64,000 bases of DNA from an uncultured Chloroflexia bacterium (lineage in GTDB: Bacteria > Chloroflexota > Limnocylindria > Limnocylindrales > CSP1-4), in assembly GCA_963757865.1 (NCBI GenBank), contig CAVWSU010000005.1, positions 192,254 to 256,253 of the forward strand. Reading direction: 5' to 3'. Position 1 is the stretch's first letter, and the number at the start of each line of letters is the position of its first letter. The translations under genes and the position numbers were made by a program. This document shows positions 10,094-20,716 of the stretch, piece after piece. Below the pieces are notes generated by a model, which was given only the letters and a program-made list of their open reading frames with translations, was not told the origin of the DNA and did no database searches.

Positions 10094-11424
10094 CGACCCA
10101 GGACGGGGGAGGGATGCTCAGCCTGGAGGACGCCCTGGAGCGGATCCTGCAGGGGTGCGTGCCGCTGGCCGCGGTGGCCCTCCCGCTCGATGCCGCACTG
10201 GGGCAGGTGCTCGCAACACCGGTCGTTGCCACGACCTCGCTGCCGCCGTGGGACAACAGCGCGATGGACGGGTTCGCCGTCCGCTCCGCCGACGTCGCGG
10301 GCGCGTCGGAGGCGCGTCCCGTCGAACTTCGGGTCACGGGCGAGGTCGCCGCCGGCCATGTGCCCGGGCACGAGGTCCAGCCCGGGACGGCGATGCGCAT
10401 CACGACCGGCGCGATGGTGCCGCCCGGGGCCGACACGGTGGTCCCGGTGGAGGACACCGATGCGCCGGCGGGCGTGGCGGGCCTGCCCGCAACGGTCGCC
10501 ATCCGCGTGCCGGCGCTACCCGGGGCCAACGTGCGGCGGGCCGGTGATGACGTCCGGCGCGGGGACCGGGTGCTCGAGCCGGGGCGGCTCGTGGGTCCGG
10601 CAGCCATCGCGCTCGCGGGCGCGGCGGGTGCGGCGACGCTCGAGGTCCATCGCCGGCCGCGTGTCGGGATCCTGGCCACCGGCGACGAGCTGACGCCGGC
10701 CGGGGAACCGCTGGGGCCGGGCCGCATCCACGACAGCAACTCCGCGGCACTGCTTGCCCAGGCGCGTTCCGCCGGCGCGACGGCGACGTCCTTCGGCATC
10801 GCCCCGGACGAGCCCGCCGCCCTGCACGCGCAACTCGCTGGGGCGATCGCCGCGTCCGACGTGGTGGTGCTGAGCGGCGGCGTGTCGGTGGGGGCGCACG
10901 ATCACGTGCGCGACGCGTTCCAGGCGCTTGGCGATGTCTCGTTCTGGCGCGTGGCGATCCAGCCGGGGAAGCCGCTCGCCTTCGGGCGCACGACGGCGGG
11001 TCGTGGCGGCGATCGGACCGACCCGGACCGTCCCGTCGCCCTGTTCGGCCTGCCGGGGAACCCCGTGAGCGCGTTCGTGACGTTCGAGCTGTTCGTGCGA
11101 CCGCTGCTCCGCGTCCTGATGGGCCATGTGCCGCCGGCGGGGACCCTCGTGCCCCACGCCGCCGCGGCCCGCCGGCGGGTGACGGCGCGCCTCGCGGCAC
11201 CCGTGACCAAGTCGCCCGGCAGGCGCGCCTTCCTGCGCGTCAGGCTGGAACCCGATCCGTCCGAGCCCGGACGCCTCCTCGCCAGTCCGGCGGGCGGCCA
11301 GGGCTCGCACGTGCTGTCGGCGCTGGCCGCGGCGGACGGGCTTGCCGTCGTCCCCGAGTCGGTGCCGGGGCTCCCGGCCGGCCACGAGGTCGAGGTGTGG
11401 GTATTGGAGGGCGAGGGAGCATGA
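10090..11424 (+). CDS. moeA: molybdopterin molybdenumtransferase MoeA
   Basis: [11 protein letters not shown].., [42 protein letters not shown] at 10090 overlaps the upstream stop (GTGA). ATG at 10114 is an alternative start. Confidence 0.9.
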   Translation: MTTQDGGGMLSLEDALERILQGCVPLAAVALPLDAALGQVLATPVVATTSLPPWDNSAMDGFAVRSADVAGASEARPVELRVTGEVAAGHVPGHEVQPGTAMRITTGAMVPPGADTVVPVEDTDAPAGVAGLPATVAIRVPALPGANVRRAGDDVRRGDRVLEPGRLVGPAAIALAGAAGAATLEVHRRPRVGILATGDELTPAGEPLGPGRIHDSNSAALLAQARSAGATATSFGIAPDEPAALHAQLAGAIAASDVVVLSGGVSVGAHDHVRDAFQALGDVSFWRVAIQPGKPLAFGRTTAGRGGDRTDPDRPVALFGLPGNPVSAFVTFELFVRPLLRVLMGHVPPAGTLVPHAAAARRRVTARLAAPVTKSPGRRAFLRVRLEPDPSEPGRLLASPAGGQGSHVLSALAAADGLAVVPESVPGLPAGHEVEVWVLEGEGA

Positions 11425-11461
11425 GGCGAGGACGCATGACGAGGGAAGGGACTTCGACCCG

Positions 11462-12073
11462 ATGACCGAGCAGGGTGCTCCCCGTGCGGCCCGGCGCCGC
11501 CTCACCCACGTGGATCGATCGGGCCGGCCGCGCATGGTGGACGTCAGCGCCAAGCCGCCCACGGCCCGCCGGGCGGTTGCCGAGGCGGAGGTCATCGTGT
11601 CGCAGGACACGCTGAGCCTCGTCATCGACGGCGACGTGCCCAAGGGTGACGTGTTCACCGTCGCCGAGATGGCCGGCGTCATGGGCGGCAAGCGCACCTC
11701 CGATCTGATCCCGCTCTGCCACCCGATTCCGCTCACCGACCTGGTCGTCGAGGTGACGCCCGATCGCGCCGCCTCCGCTCTGCGCATCCGGGCGACCGCC
11801 GCGACGATCGGCCAGACCGGCGTGGAGATGGAGGCGCTGACCGCCGTGTCGGTCGCCGCGTTGACGATCTACGACATGATCAAGGGCGTGGAACGCGGCG
11901 CCGAGATCCGCCACGTGCGGCTGCTGGAGAAGTCCGGCGGCGCGTCCGGGGAGTGGCACAGGCAGCCGGGAGCCGAGTCGGGTCCCGTGAGCAGGACGCT
12001 GCCCGGGTCCGGTCCGAAGCTGCCCCCGGGCACGCGCGGGCCGCGACGCTCGCCCCGGCGGGACGCCCGATGA
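11462..12073 (+). CDS. moaC: cyclic pyranopterin monophosphate synthase MoaC
   Basis: [53 protein letters not shown] Pro/Arg-rich C-terminal tail of about 35 aa looks non-native. Confidence 0.9.
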   Translation: MTEQGAPRAARRRLTHVDRSGRPRMVDVSAKPPTARRAVAEAEVIVSQDTLSLVIDGDVPKGDVFTVAEMAGVMGGKRTSDLIPLCHPIPLTDLVVEVTPDRAASALRIRATAATIGQTGVEMEALTAVSVAALTIYDMIKGVERGAEIRHVRLLEKSGGASGEWHRQPGAESGPVSRTLPGSGPKLPPGTRGPRRSPRRDAR

Positions 12074-12097
12074 GCGCCCCGCACGCCCGCCGCTGAG

Positions 12098-12571
12098 ATG
12101 GCCCATGCGCTCGTGCTGACGGTGAGCGACCGCTCCGCGCGCGGCGAACGGCCCGACGCAACCGGCCCGCGCGTCGCCGCTCGCCTGCGCGAGCTCGGGC
12201 ACGAGGCCCACGTGCGCATCGTGCCCGACGAGGCCGTGGAGATCGCGGAGGCCGTCTCGGCCGCCGCGACGGACCACGAGCTGATCGTGGTGGCGGGAGG
12301 TACGGGCCTCGGCCCGCGGGACGTGACGCCGCAGGCCGTGGCCGCCGTGCTCGACTACGAGATCCCGGGATTCGGCGAGCTCATGCGCGCCGAGGGCCGC
12401 CGCTCGACGCCACTGGCCACCCTGTCGCGCTCGCTGGCCGGCGTCACCGGCGCGTCGCTCGTGCTCGTCGTGCCCGGCAGCCCCCGCGGCGCGATCGAAT
12501 CGCTCGACGCGGTGGCCCCACTGCTGCCCCACGCCCTCGAGACGCTTGCCGGGGAGGACCACCGGGCGTGA
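12098..12571 (+). CDS. mog: MogA/MoaB-family molybdenum cofactor biosynthesis protein
   Basis: LVLTVSDRSARGERPD, VVAGGTGLGPRDVTPQA, VVPGSPRG. Confidence 0.8.
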   Translation: MAHALVLTVSDRSARGERPDATGPRVAARLRELGHEAHVRIVPDEAVEIAEAVSAAATDHELIVVAGGTGLGPRDVTPQAVAAVLDYEIPGFGELMRAEGRRSTPLATLSRSLAGVTGASLVLVVPGSPRGAIESLDAVAPLLPHALETLAGEDHRA

Positions 12572-14837
12572 CCTCCGAAGTCCCGCTCTACCCGCTCGCG
12601 CCGATCGTGTTCGTGCTCGCGGTCCTCTCGTTCGCGCTGCAGATGGCGCGGCATCTCCGCGTCTTCGGCGCGGCGCGACCCTCGACCGTGGCGGACCGGG
12701 CGGGAGAACGCTTCAGGTCCCTGGTGGTGTTCGCGATCGCCCAGGTCCGCATGTTCCGGGACCCGCGCGCCGGCATCATGCACGCCGCGATCTTCTGGGG
12801 CTTCGTGATCCTGACCGTGGGCACCGCGAACCGCGTGACCGGGGGCCTCGTGGAGGCCGTGCTCGCCTGGCCGGTCGACGGCTGGCTCTGGCGGATCGTG
12901 GTCGCGCTGGGCAACCTGCTGGCCGTCGGCGTCCTGGTCGCGATCGGCTACGCGACGTTCCGGCGCCTGGTGACCAGGCCGGCGCGCATCACGCTCTCGC
13001 GCGACGCCCTGCTGGTCCTGGTCCTGATCGCGGGCATCGTGGTCACCGAGCTGGTGGCCGAGGCCTTCCGCCTGGCCCGCTACGGCGACCCGTACGCGCA
13101 GGCGACGCTCGTCTCGTGGCCGCTGGGGCAGCTGATCGCCGCGCCGCTCGCGCCCGGCGCGCAGGCCGCGATCTTCGGTGTCGCGTGGTGGGCCAACATC
13201 CTGCTCGTCTGCTGGTTCCTGGTCTACCTCCCGGGATCGAAGCACCTCCACATCGCGACGGCGTTCTTCAACACCGCCTTCCGGAAGCTGGCGCCGCGTG
13301 GCGAGCTGCCGCCGATGGACCTCGAGGCGGAGACGGCGACGTTCGGGGTCCGGACCGTGGCGGACCTGGGCTGGAAGGATCTCCTGGACGCCTTCACGTG
13401 CACCGAGTGCGGCCGGTGCCAGGCACAGTGCCCGGCCTGGGCCACGGGAAAGCCGCTGAACCCGAAGACGTTCGTGATGGGGCTCCGCCAGATGGCGGTC
13501 GACGCCGAGCACGGCACGCGGCTGCTGCCAGGCCTGCCGGCCGTGCCCTGGATCCGCCCGTCCGACGCGCCGGGACGACAGTCGGGCGGTGACGCCCGGG
13601 AGGCCCTCGGACGGCCGGTCGTCGACGCCGCGATCCCGTACGACGCGGTGTGGGACTGCGTCACGTGCGGGGCGTGCGTGGAGGCGTGCCCGGTCACCAT
13701 CGAGCACGTCGACAAGATCGTGGGCATCCGGCGCAACCTGGTCCTCGAGGAGAGTCGCTTTCCGGCCGAGATCACCGCGGCATTCACGAACATGGAGCGG
13801 CACGGCAACCCGTGGGGGCAGCCGCGGTCCGCGCGCCTCGACTGGGCGAAGGGCCTGCCGTTCGACGTGCCGACGGCCGCCGAGCTCACCGGCGGGGATG
13901 GCGGGCCGGCGTCCGGCGCGGAGGGGATCGAGGTCCTCTACTGGGTGGGCTGCGCGGCCGCGTTCGACGACCGGAACAGGCGGGTGGCACGCGCCGTCGT
14001 CACGTGCCTGCACGCGGCGGGCGTCCGTTTCGCGGTCCTGGGCCAGGAGGAGACCTGCTCGGGCGACCCGGCCCGCCGCATGGGGAACGAGTACGTGTAC
14101 CAGGTCCTCGCGCAGGCCAACGTCGAGACTCTCGATCGCTACCGTCCGCCGGCCATCGTCACCGCCTGTCCGCACTGCTTCAACACGCTCGCCAACGAGT
14201 ACCCGCAGTTCGGGGGGCACTACGAGGTGGTGCACCACAGCGCGTACCTGTCGAGGCTGGTGGCCGAGGGACGCCTGCGCACCGGGGGAGGGCGGCTGCC
14301 GCTCGCGACGGCGCCCGCCGCGCGGTCGCATGCACGCGCCCGGTCGCGAATGACACCGCGCCCGGGTCGGCCGCGAGTGACGCAGCGCCTGCCGAGCCCG
14401 GCGCCCCGCCGGAGCCCGCAGGCCGGACCGTCACGTACCACGACTCGTGCTACCTGACCCGGTACAACGGCGTCGTCGACGAACCGCGGGCCGTGCTTGC
14501 GGCCGTGCCCGGGCTGGAGCTGCGCGAGATGGACCGCCGCGGGCGGCAGTCCTTCTGCTGCGGCGCCGGCGGCGGCAGGATGTGGATGGAGGAGCGCCGC
14601 GGGATCCGAATCAACGCCGAACGGACCCGCGAGGCGCTCGGGACCGGGGCGGACACCATCGCCACGGCCTGTCCCTTCTGCCTGACCATGATGCGCGACG
14701 GCGTCGCCGATGCGGTCGGCGCGGGACTGGGCGGCGACGGCGTGCAGACGATCGACATCGCGGAGCTGCTGGCGGCCAGCCTGCCGCAGGAGCTGGACGC
14801 CGTGGCCGGCGCGACGACAGGGAGGGAGGCATCGTGA
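12568..14837 (+). CDS. membrane-anchored Fe-S oxidoreductase (NarI-like TM domain, 2x[4Fe-4S], 2 CCG domains; EtfD/HdrD-like), with a frame break
   Basis: N-terminal TM helices. [12 protein letters not shown] and [20 protein letters not shown], then in another frame [24 protein letters not shown]. The protein continues from frame 1 to frame 3 somewhere in 14284-14415, with a G5 run at 14284-14288. Confidence 0.75.
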
Positions 14838-15982
14838 CCGAGCGCCTGACGCCCGAGCAGGTCGAGCTGCGCGATGCCGTCCGGGAGCTCGCCCGGGAGC
14901 GCATCGCTCCGCGGGCCGCGGACATCGACGAGCGAGGCGAGTTCCCGCGCGACATCGTCGAGCTGCTGGCACGGCAGGACGTGTTCGCCCTCATCTATCC
15001 CACCGAGTACGGCGGGCTGGGCGAGACGCTCCTCACCAACTGCCTGATGATCGAGGAGGTCAGCCGGGCGTGCGCGACGAGCGGCCTGATCCTCGCCGTG
15101 CAGGCGCTGGGCTCGCTGCCGCTCCTCCTCGCCGGCAGCGACGAGCAGAAGCGACGCTGGATCCCCGGGCTGTCGAGCGGGGCGCTGCTCGACGCCTTCG
15201 CGCTGACGGAGGCCGGCGCCGGATCCGACCCGGCGGGCATCCGCACCCGCGCGGTCCGTGACGGCGACGGCTGGCGCATCGACGGCACGAAGCGCTTCAT
15301 CAGCCACGGGAGCGAGGCGGACCTCGTGGCCGTCTTCGCCGTGACCGACCCGGGAGCGGGGAGGCACCGCGACCTGAGCTGCTTCTACGTGGAGCGCGGG
15401 ATGCCGGGCTTCCAGGTCTCGCGCCTCGAACACAAGATGGGGATCCGCGGGTCGCCGACGGCGGAGCTGACCTTCGACGGCGTGCTCGTTCCCGACGCCA
15501 ACCGGGTCGGCGAGGTGGGGGAGGGCTTCCGGATCGCCATGCGGACGCTGGACCGCAGCCGGCCGGGCGTCGGGGCGCAGGCCGTCGGGATCGCCCAGGG
15601 CGCGCTGGACGCCGCCGTCGCCTATGCGAGGGAACGGGTGCAGTTCGGCAAGCCCATCGGCGAGCAGCAGATGGTGCAGGCCATGCTCGCCGACATGGCC
15701 ACCCGGACGGAGGCGGCCCGGCAGCTCCTGTACGAGGCCTGCGAGCGCGTGGAACGTGGCGCGACCGACGCCGCCCGGTGGGCGGCGATGTGTAAACTCT
15801 TCGCTGGCGACACGGCGATGGCCGTGACGACCGACGCCGTCCAGGTCCTCGGCGGATACGGCTACATCACGGAGTACCCGGTCGAACGCATGATGCGGGA
15901 CGCCAAGATCACGCAGCTGTACGAGGGCACCCAGCAGATCCAGCGCCTCGTGATCGCACGCGCCCTCCTGTCGGCGCAGTGA
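14834..15982 (+). CDS. acyl-CoA dehydrogenase
   Basis: [14 protein letters not shown], full ACAD pattern, C-terminal [14 protein letters not shown]. The GTG overlaps the upstream stop. Confidence 0.9.
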   Translation: MTERLTPEQVELRDAVRELARERIAPRAADIDERGEFPRDIVELLARQDVFALIYPTEYGGLGETLLTNCLMIEEVSRACATSGLILAVQALGSLPLLLAGSDEQKRRWIPGLSSGALLDAFALTEAGAGSDPAGIRTRAVRDGDGWRIDGTKRFISHGSEADLVAVFAVTDPGAGRHRDLSCFYVERGMPGFQVSRLEHKMGIRGSPTAELTFDGVLVPDANRVGEVGEGFRIAMRTLDRSRPGVGAQAVGIAQGALDAAVAYARERVQFGKPIGEQQMVQAMLADMATRTEAARQLLYEACERVERGATDAARWAAMCKLFAGDTAMAVTTDAVQVLGGYGYITEYPVERMMRDAKITQLYEGTQQIQRLVIARALLSAQ

Positions 15983-16109
15983 TCCTGCAAGCTCCGGCCG
16001 CCTCGCGCCGGCGCCTCCGTGACCGCGCGGTGGTGACGCTGACCCGCGCGTGCCGGGGCTCGTCGCCCGTCCGTCTTCCGGCCGGCCCGGGCAGCGCAGG
16101 GAGGTAACG

Positions 16110-16890
16110 GTGCGGATCGTCGTCCTCCTCAAGGCGGTGCCCGTCGTCGGCAACGAGAAGCTCGTGGACGGCTGGCGCGTCGACCGCTCCGCCGGGCTCG
16201 AGGCGAACGGCAACGACGAGTACGTCCTGGAGGCCGCCCTCAAGCTCGTGGAGGCGCACGGCGGAGAGGTCGTCACGCTGTCCATGGGACCGACGCCGGC
16301 GACCGAGGCCATCCGGAAGGCGCTGGCGATGGGCGCCGCGCGGGCGGTGCAGGTCGTGGACGACGCGCTCGCGGGCTCGGACACGCTGGCGACGGGCCGG
16401 GTTCTCGCGGCCGCCCTGGGCCGGCTCGAGTACGACCTCGTCGTCGCCGGGGCGGACAGCTCGGACGGCCAGGGCGGGAGTCACGGGCGCTGCGGTGGCC
16501 GTGCGCCTGGGCATCCCGTACCTCTCGTACGCCGCGGCCATCGAGCCCGACCCGGGGGCCGGGACGGTGCGAGTGCGCCGGATCAGCGCCACCGGCTTCG
16601 ACGTGATCGAGGCGCCCATGCCGGCGCTCATCGCCGGCACCCAGCTGCTCGGCGAGCCGAGGTACCCGTCGCTGCGCGGCATCATGCAGGCGCGAACCAA
16701 GGAGATCGCCGTCTGGACCCTGGCGGATCTCGGCATCGATCCGGCAACCGTCGGATCCGGGGCCGCCACGACCGAGGTCGAGAGTGCCGAGCCCCCGCCG
16801 CCGCGTGCGGGTGCGATCGTGGTCCGGGAGGCGCCGGACGCCGCCGTCGAGCGGATCGTCGAGTTCCTCGCCTCGCGGAGGCTGATCTGA
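16110..16890 (+). CDS. etfB: electron transfer flavoprotein beta subunit, with a frame break
   Basis: VRIVVLLKAVP.., GADSSDGQGG then (one nt skipped near 16476-16480) VTGAAVAVRLGIPYLSY... GGGAGG Shine-Dalgarno sequence before the GTG. Confidence 0.8.
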
Positions 16891-17868
16891 TGCCCGGCGC
16901 GATCTGGGCCATCGCCGAGATGGCGGACGGCGAGCCCACGCGACTGAGCCACGAGCTTGCGACGCTGGCCGCGACGCTCTCCGCGGCCTCGGGCCGTCCG
17001 GCCGCGAGCGTGCTCGTCGGGCTGGGGGCCGCCGCGGGAGCGGAGGCACTGGCCGCGCACGGTCCCGACGTCCTCGCCGTGGAGGCCGACCCCGGGGACC
17101 GGCCACTCGCGGCGGTCATCGCGGAGCGCGTCGCCACGCTCGTCCGCGAGCGCGACCCTTCGTTCCTGCTGGTCGGGGCGTCGAACGACGGGCGGGACGT
17201 GGCCGGGATGCTGCAGGCCACCTTCGAGTGGGCCACGCTCGTGAACTGCGCCGGGGTGCGCTGGAACGGCGACGGACCCCAGGTCGAGATGAACATCTTC
17301 GGTGGACGCCTGGCCACGCTCAGCCACCTGACGACGGACCACGGCATCGTCGTCGTGCGTCCCAGCGCCGTGTCCGCGGAGGCCGCGGCGCAACCCGGAC
17401 GGGTCGAGGCGGTCGACGTGGCGCCGGCCGTGTCGCTCCAGTCGGGCCGCGTCGTGGAGCGCGTCACGGAGGCGTCGGCAGCCGTCGCCATCGAAGAGGC
17501 CCCGGTCATCGTCGCCGGCGGCCGCGGCGTGGCGAGTCCGGAGGGGTTCGGCGTCGTCCAGGATCTCGCGACTGCTCTCGGCGCCGCCGTGGGGGCGACC
17601 CGGGCCGTGGTGGACGCCGGATGGATCGGATACGCTCACCAGATCGGCCAGACGGGCAAGAGCGTGAAGCCGCGGCTGTACGTCGCGGCGGGCATCAGTG
17701 GCGCGATACAGCACAAGGTCGGCATGCAGACATCCGGCACCATCGTGGCGGTCAATCGCGATGCCGACGCGCCCATCGCAGAGTTCGCCGACCTGATGGT
17801 GGTGGGCGACCTGTTCGAGATCCTGCCCACGGCTGACCGTGGCGATCCGCGCCCGGCGCGGGCAGTAG
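16890..17868 (+). CDS. etfA: electron transfer flavoprotein alpha subunit, with a frame break near the C-terminus
   Basis: ATG overlaps the etfB stop (ATGA-type). VKPRLYVAAGISGAIQHKVGM, VAVNRDADAPI, GDLFEILP. The native-looking end RLTVAIRARRGQ* is in the +1 frame (stop 17866-17868). The in-frame read-through to 18128 is Arg-rich junk. Confidence 0.8.
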
Positions 17869-17881
17869 CGGGCCCCGCGCG

Positions 17882-18430
17882 ATGGACCCCGCCGTCATCC
17901 TGCCGCTCGCGCTCGCGGCGATTCTCGCCGGTGCGGTGCTGTGGTTCCTGCAGCGCGCGTCGGGGGCGCTCCGGGCCACGCGGAGCATCGAGCGGTTCCA
18001 GGAGGAGGCGGCGAGCCTGGGAGCACGGCTGGACGCCGTCCTCGCATCCACGGTGGCGCGGGTGGACGCGCTTCGCCGGAACGAGGTCGACGGATCGTCG
18101 CTGGTCGACGAGCTGGAGGCCGTCATGACGGCGCTCGACGGGCAGCTCGCGGAGGCGGAGGGGCTCACGCCTCCCATCACCTTCGCGGCGAGCCGGCAGG
18201 GCATCATCTCCGAGATCAGGCACGCCCAGCGGGCTCTCGACATGGTGCAACACGGGTGCGCGCTGGCCGCAGGCCCCAGGGCGCGGACACGCAGCACGGA
18301 ATCGCAGATCTCCATCAAGCGCGGCTATCTCAACCTGCTGCACGCACGGGAAGCCCTCGCACGGCACGTGGGCGATCTCGCCGCCGCCAGGGATCCCATG
18401 GAGTCGTCGTGGAGGACGTCCCGGGTCTAG
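17882..18430 (+). CDS. hypothetical membrane-anchored coiled-coil protein
   Basis: 182 aa. N-terminal TM helix (ILPLALAAILAGAVLWFL) and normal composition. No family recognised. Confidence 0.5.
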   Translation: MDPAVILPLALAAILAGAVLWFLQRASGALRATRSIERFQEEAASLGARLDAVLASTVARVDALRRNEVDGSSLVDELEAVMTALDGQLAEAEGLTPPITFAASRQGIISEIRHAQRALDMVQHGCALAAGPRARTRSTESQISIKRGYLNLLHAREALARHVGDLAAARDPMESSWRTSRV

Positions 18431-18577
18431 CCGTCACCCCGTCGCGGCGGCGGGCGCGTGGTGACACGGACCCGCCCTCCGATGTCCTGCGATCTGTGGC
18501 CGGAGCACCACATCTGGTGGTACGCTCGGAGACCCGGCACCAGCCGTAGTGTCGGACGGCAGGAGGCGAGGTCCGGC

Positions 18578-19063
18578 ATGCGGTGCCCGGCCTGTGGCGA
18601 ACGAGACACGCGCGTGATCGACTCGCGCGACCTGGACGACGGAAGCACCATCCGCCGCCGCCGCGAGTGCACGCGCTGCTCCAACCGGTTCACGACGCAC
18701 GAGCGCGTGGAGGCCGCACGCCTGGTGGTGGTCAAGCGCGACGGGAGCCGCGTGGAGTTCGACCGCGAGAAGCTCGCGATCGGCCTGCAGAAGGCGCTCA
18801 CCCGCCGGCCCGTCCCGGACCGTGCTGCGGAGCTGGCGGCCGAATCCATCGAAGCGGAGCTGCGCGCCGCCGGCGTCAGCGAGGTGCCCTCGCAGCGCGT
18901 GGGCGAGCTGGCCATGGACCGCCTCCGCCATCTCGACCAGATCGCGTACATCCGGTTCGCCAGCGTCTACCAGTCCTTCGAGGACATCGAGCAGCTCAAG
19001 CGTGAAGTCGACGGGCTGCTGTCGGCCCGCGCCGTCGCCAGCCCCGCCGGGAAGGGAGCCTGA
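18578..19063 (+). CDS. nrdR: transcriptional repressor NrdR
   Basis: [17 protein letters not shown]...[17 protein letters not shown] (zinc ribbon) plus an ATP-cone. AGGAGG lies 7-8 nt before the ATG. Confidence 0.9.
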   Translation: MRCPACGERDTRVIDSRDLDDGSTIRRRRECTRCSNRFTTHERVEAARLVVVKRDGSRVEFDREKLAIGLQKALTRRPVPDRAAELAAESIEAELRAAGVSEVPSQRVGELAMDRLRHLDQIAYIRFASVYQSFEDIEQLKREVDGLLSARAVASPAGKGA

Positions 19064-19064
19064 C

Positions 19065-20703
19065 GTGAGCGTCCTGTCGGACCGGGACATCCGCGCCGCG
19101 CTGGAGGCCCGCCGGATCCGGATCGACCCGTACGATCCCGGCTGCCTGCAGCCCTCCTCGGTGGACCTTCACGTCGACCGTGACTTCCGCGTCTTCCGCA
19201 ACAACCGCTACGCGTACATCGACGTCCGCGAACCGCAGCCGGACCTCACGGAGCTCATCCGCATCGAGGACGACTCGCCGTTCATCCTGCATCCCGGCGA
19301 GTTCGTGCTGGGGCAGACGCTCGAATGGGTGGAGCTCCCGGACGACCTGGTCGCGAGGCTCGAAGGCAAGGCGCTGGCGCTCGACACGCCGGTCCCCACG
19401 CCGGGCGGCTGGCGGACGATGGGCGACCTCGAGCCCGGCGACACCGTGTTCGACGAGACGGGAGCTCCGACCGCGGTGCTGGCCGTCACACCGCCCATGC
19501 TCGGACGCCCGTGCCGCGAGGTCGTCTTCTCCGACGGCACACGGGTCGTGGCAGACGCGGAGCACCAGTGGGTCACGGTCGACAAGGCGGGTCGGCGTCA
19601 CGGCTCGTGGCGCCTCGGCGTTCGGACGACCGAGGAGATCCGGCGCAGCATCCGGGTCCGCGGCGAGCTGAACCACCACGTGCCGCTCGCCGGCCCCGTC
19701 CAATACCCGGCTCGCATCGACCTGCCGATCGAGCCCTATACGCTCGGCGCCTGGCTGGGTGATGGGACGAGCACCTCCGCCACGATTACCTCCTGGGACG
19801 AGGAGGTGCTCGAGCAGATCAGCGGTGACGGCTACGGCGTTCGCGCGCTGCCGTACGCCAGGCGCGCGTTCCGGATCGGCGGCGCAGGGCACAGCAGAGA
19901 CGTCGCGACGGGACGCTACCGGCGCAACGAGTCGCTCTCGAGCAGTCTGCGCGAACTGGGGTTGCTCGACAACAAGCACGTGCCGGCGTCCTACCTGCAG
20001 GCCGGCCCCGGCCAGCGCCTCGCCCTGCTGCAGGGCCTCATGGACACCGACGGGTTCGTGGACGACGTCGCCGGGCGTTGCGAGTTCACCAGCACGCGCG
20101 AGAGCCTCGCCGATGGCGTGGTCGAGCTGGCCGCCAGCCTCGGGTTCCGGCCCGTGAAGAGCATCGGCAGGGCCACGCTGAACGGTGTCGATTGCGGGCC
20201 GAAGTACCGGGTGAAGTTCACGCCGGACCGCCCGGTGTTCCGTCTGCCTCGCAAGCTTGCTCGTCAGAAGGCTCCCGACGCGAGCTACCAGCGCTTCCGC
20301 GCGATCGACGTCGTGCGTGAGGTCCCGTCGGTCCCCGTGCGCTGCATCCAGGTGGCATCGCCGCGGGGGCTTTTCCTGGTCTCGCGCGTCGTTCATCCCG
20401 ACCCACAACAGCTCGCTCGGCCGACTGGGCCTGCTCATCCACTCCACCGCCGGCTACGTCGATCCGGGCTGGAAGGGCACGCTCACGCTCGAGCTCTCGA
20501 ACGTGGCGAACCTGCCGATCACGCTCTACTGCGGCATGAAGATCGGCCAGATCAGCTTCTTCCGCATGACCAGCCCGGTCGAGCGCCCGTACGGCAGCCC
20601 GTCGCTGAAGTCGAAGTACCAGGGACAGGACACGCCGACGGCCTCCGAGTTCTACCGCGATTTCGCGCAGGATCGACGACTGGGACCGCGCCGGCAACGC
20701 TGA
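19065..20703 (+). CDS. dcd: dCTP deaminase precursor interrupted by an intein (frame break inside the intein)
   Basis: N-extein [10 protein letters not shown]...LVARLEGK (102 aa). C-extein [31 protein letters not shown]...KSKYQGQ. The GTG lies 1 nt after the nrdR stop. Confidence 0.85.
19371..20409 (+). mobile_element. intein (Hint domain plus LAGLIDADG homing endonuclease), class-3-like
   Basis: Block [15 protein letters not shown] (Ala1, GCG 19371-19373). Block B ..ADAEHQW. LAGLIDADG motifs [10 protein letters not shown] and [12 protein letters not shown]. Block F VPVRCIQV (Cys at 20343-20345). Block G FIPTHN followed by Ser+1. 1039 nt equals 346 codons plus 1 nt. Confidence 0.8.
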
Positions 20704-20716
20704 GGACGGGGGACGC

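Noticed and set aside
11988-12073. MoaC C-terminal tail ([35 protein letters not shown]) as a functional extension.
   Set aside because: Its composition resembles out-of-frame sequence. Given the indel pattern in this window it may be read-through after an undetected frame error. It cannot be decided from the sequence alone, so it is not reported as a finding.
17869-18128. Apparent 87-codon C-terminal extension of EtfA overlapping the next gene.
   Set aside because: The sequence is Arg/Ser/Trp-rich. The family-typical EtfA end and stop lie in the +1 frame at 17866-17868, and a well-formed independent gene starts at 17882.
18507-18521. Palindrome ACCAC-ATCTG-GTGGT 57 nt upstream of nrdR, considered as an autoregulatory NrdR box.
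   Set aside because: It is a single site with 5-bp arms. It matches the AT-rich 16-bp NrdR-box consensus (as I remember it) only loosely, and no tandem partner lies at the usual spacing of about 31 nt.
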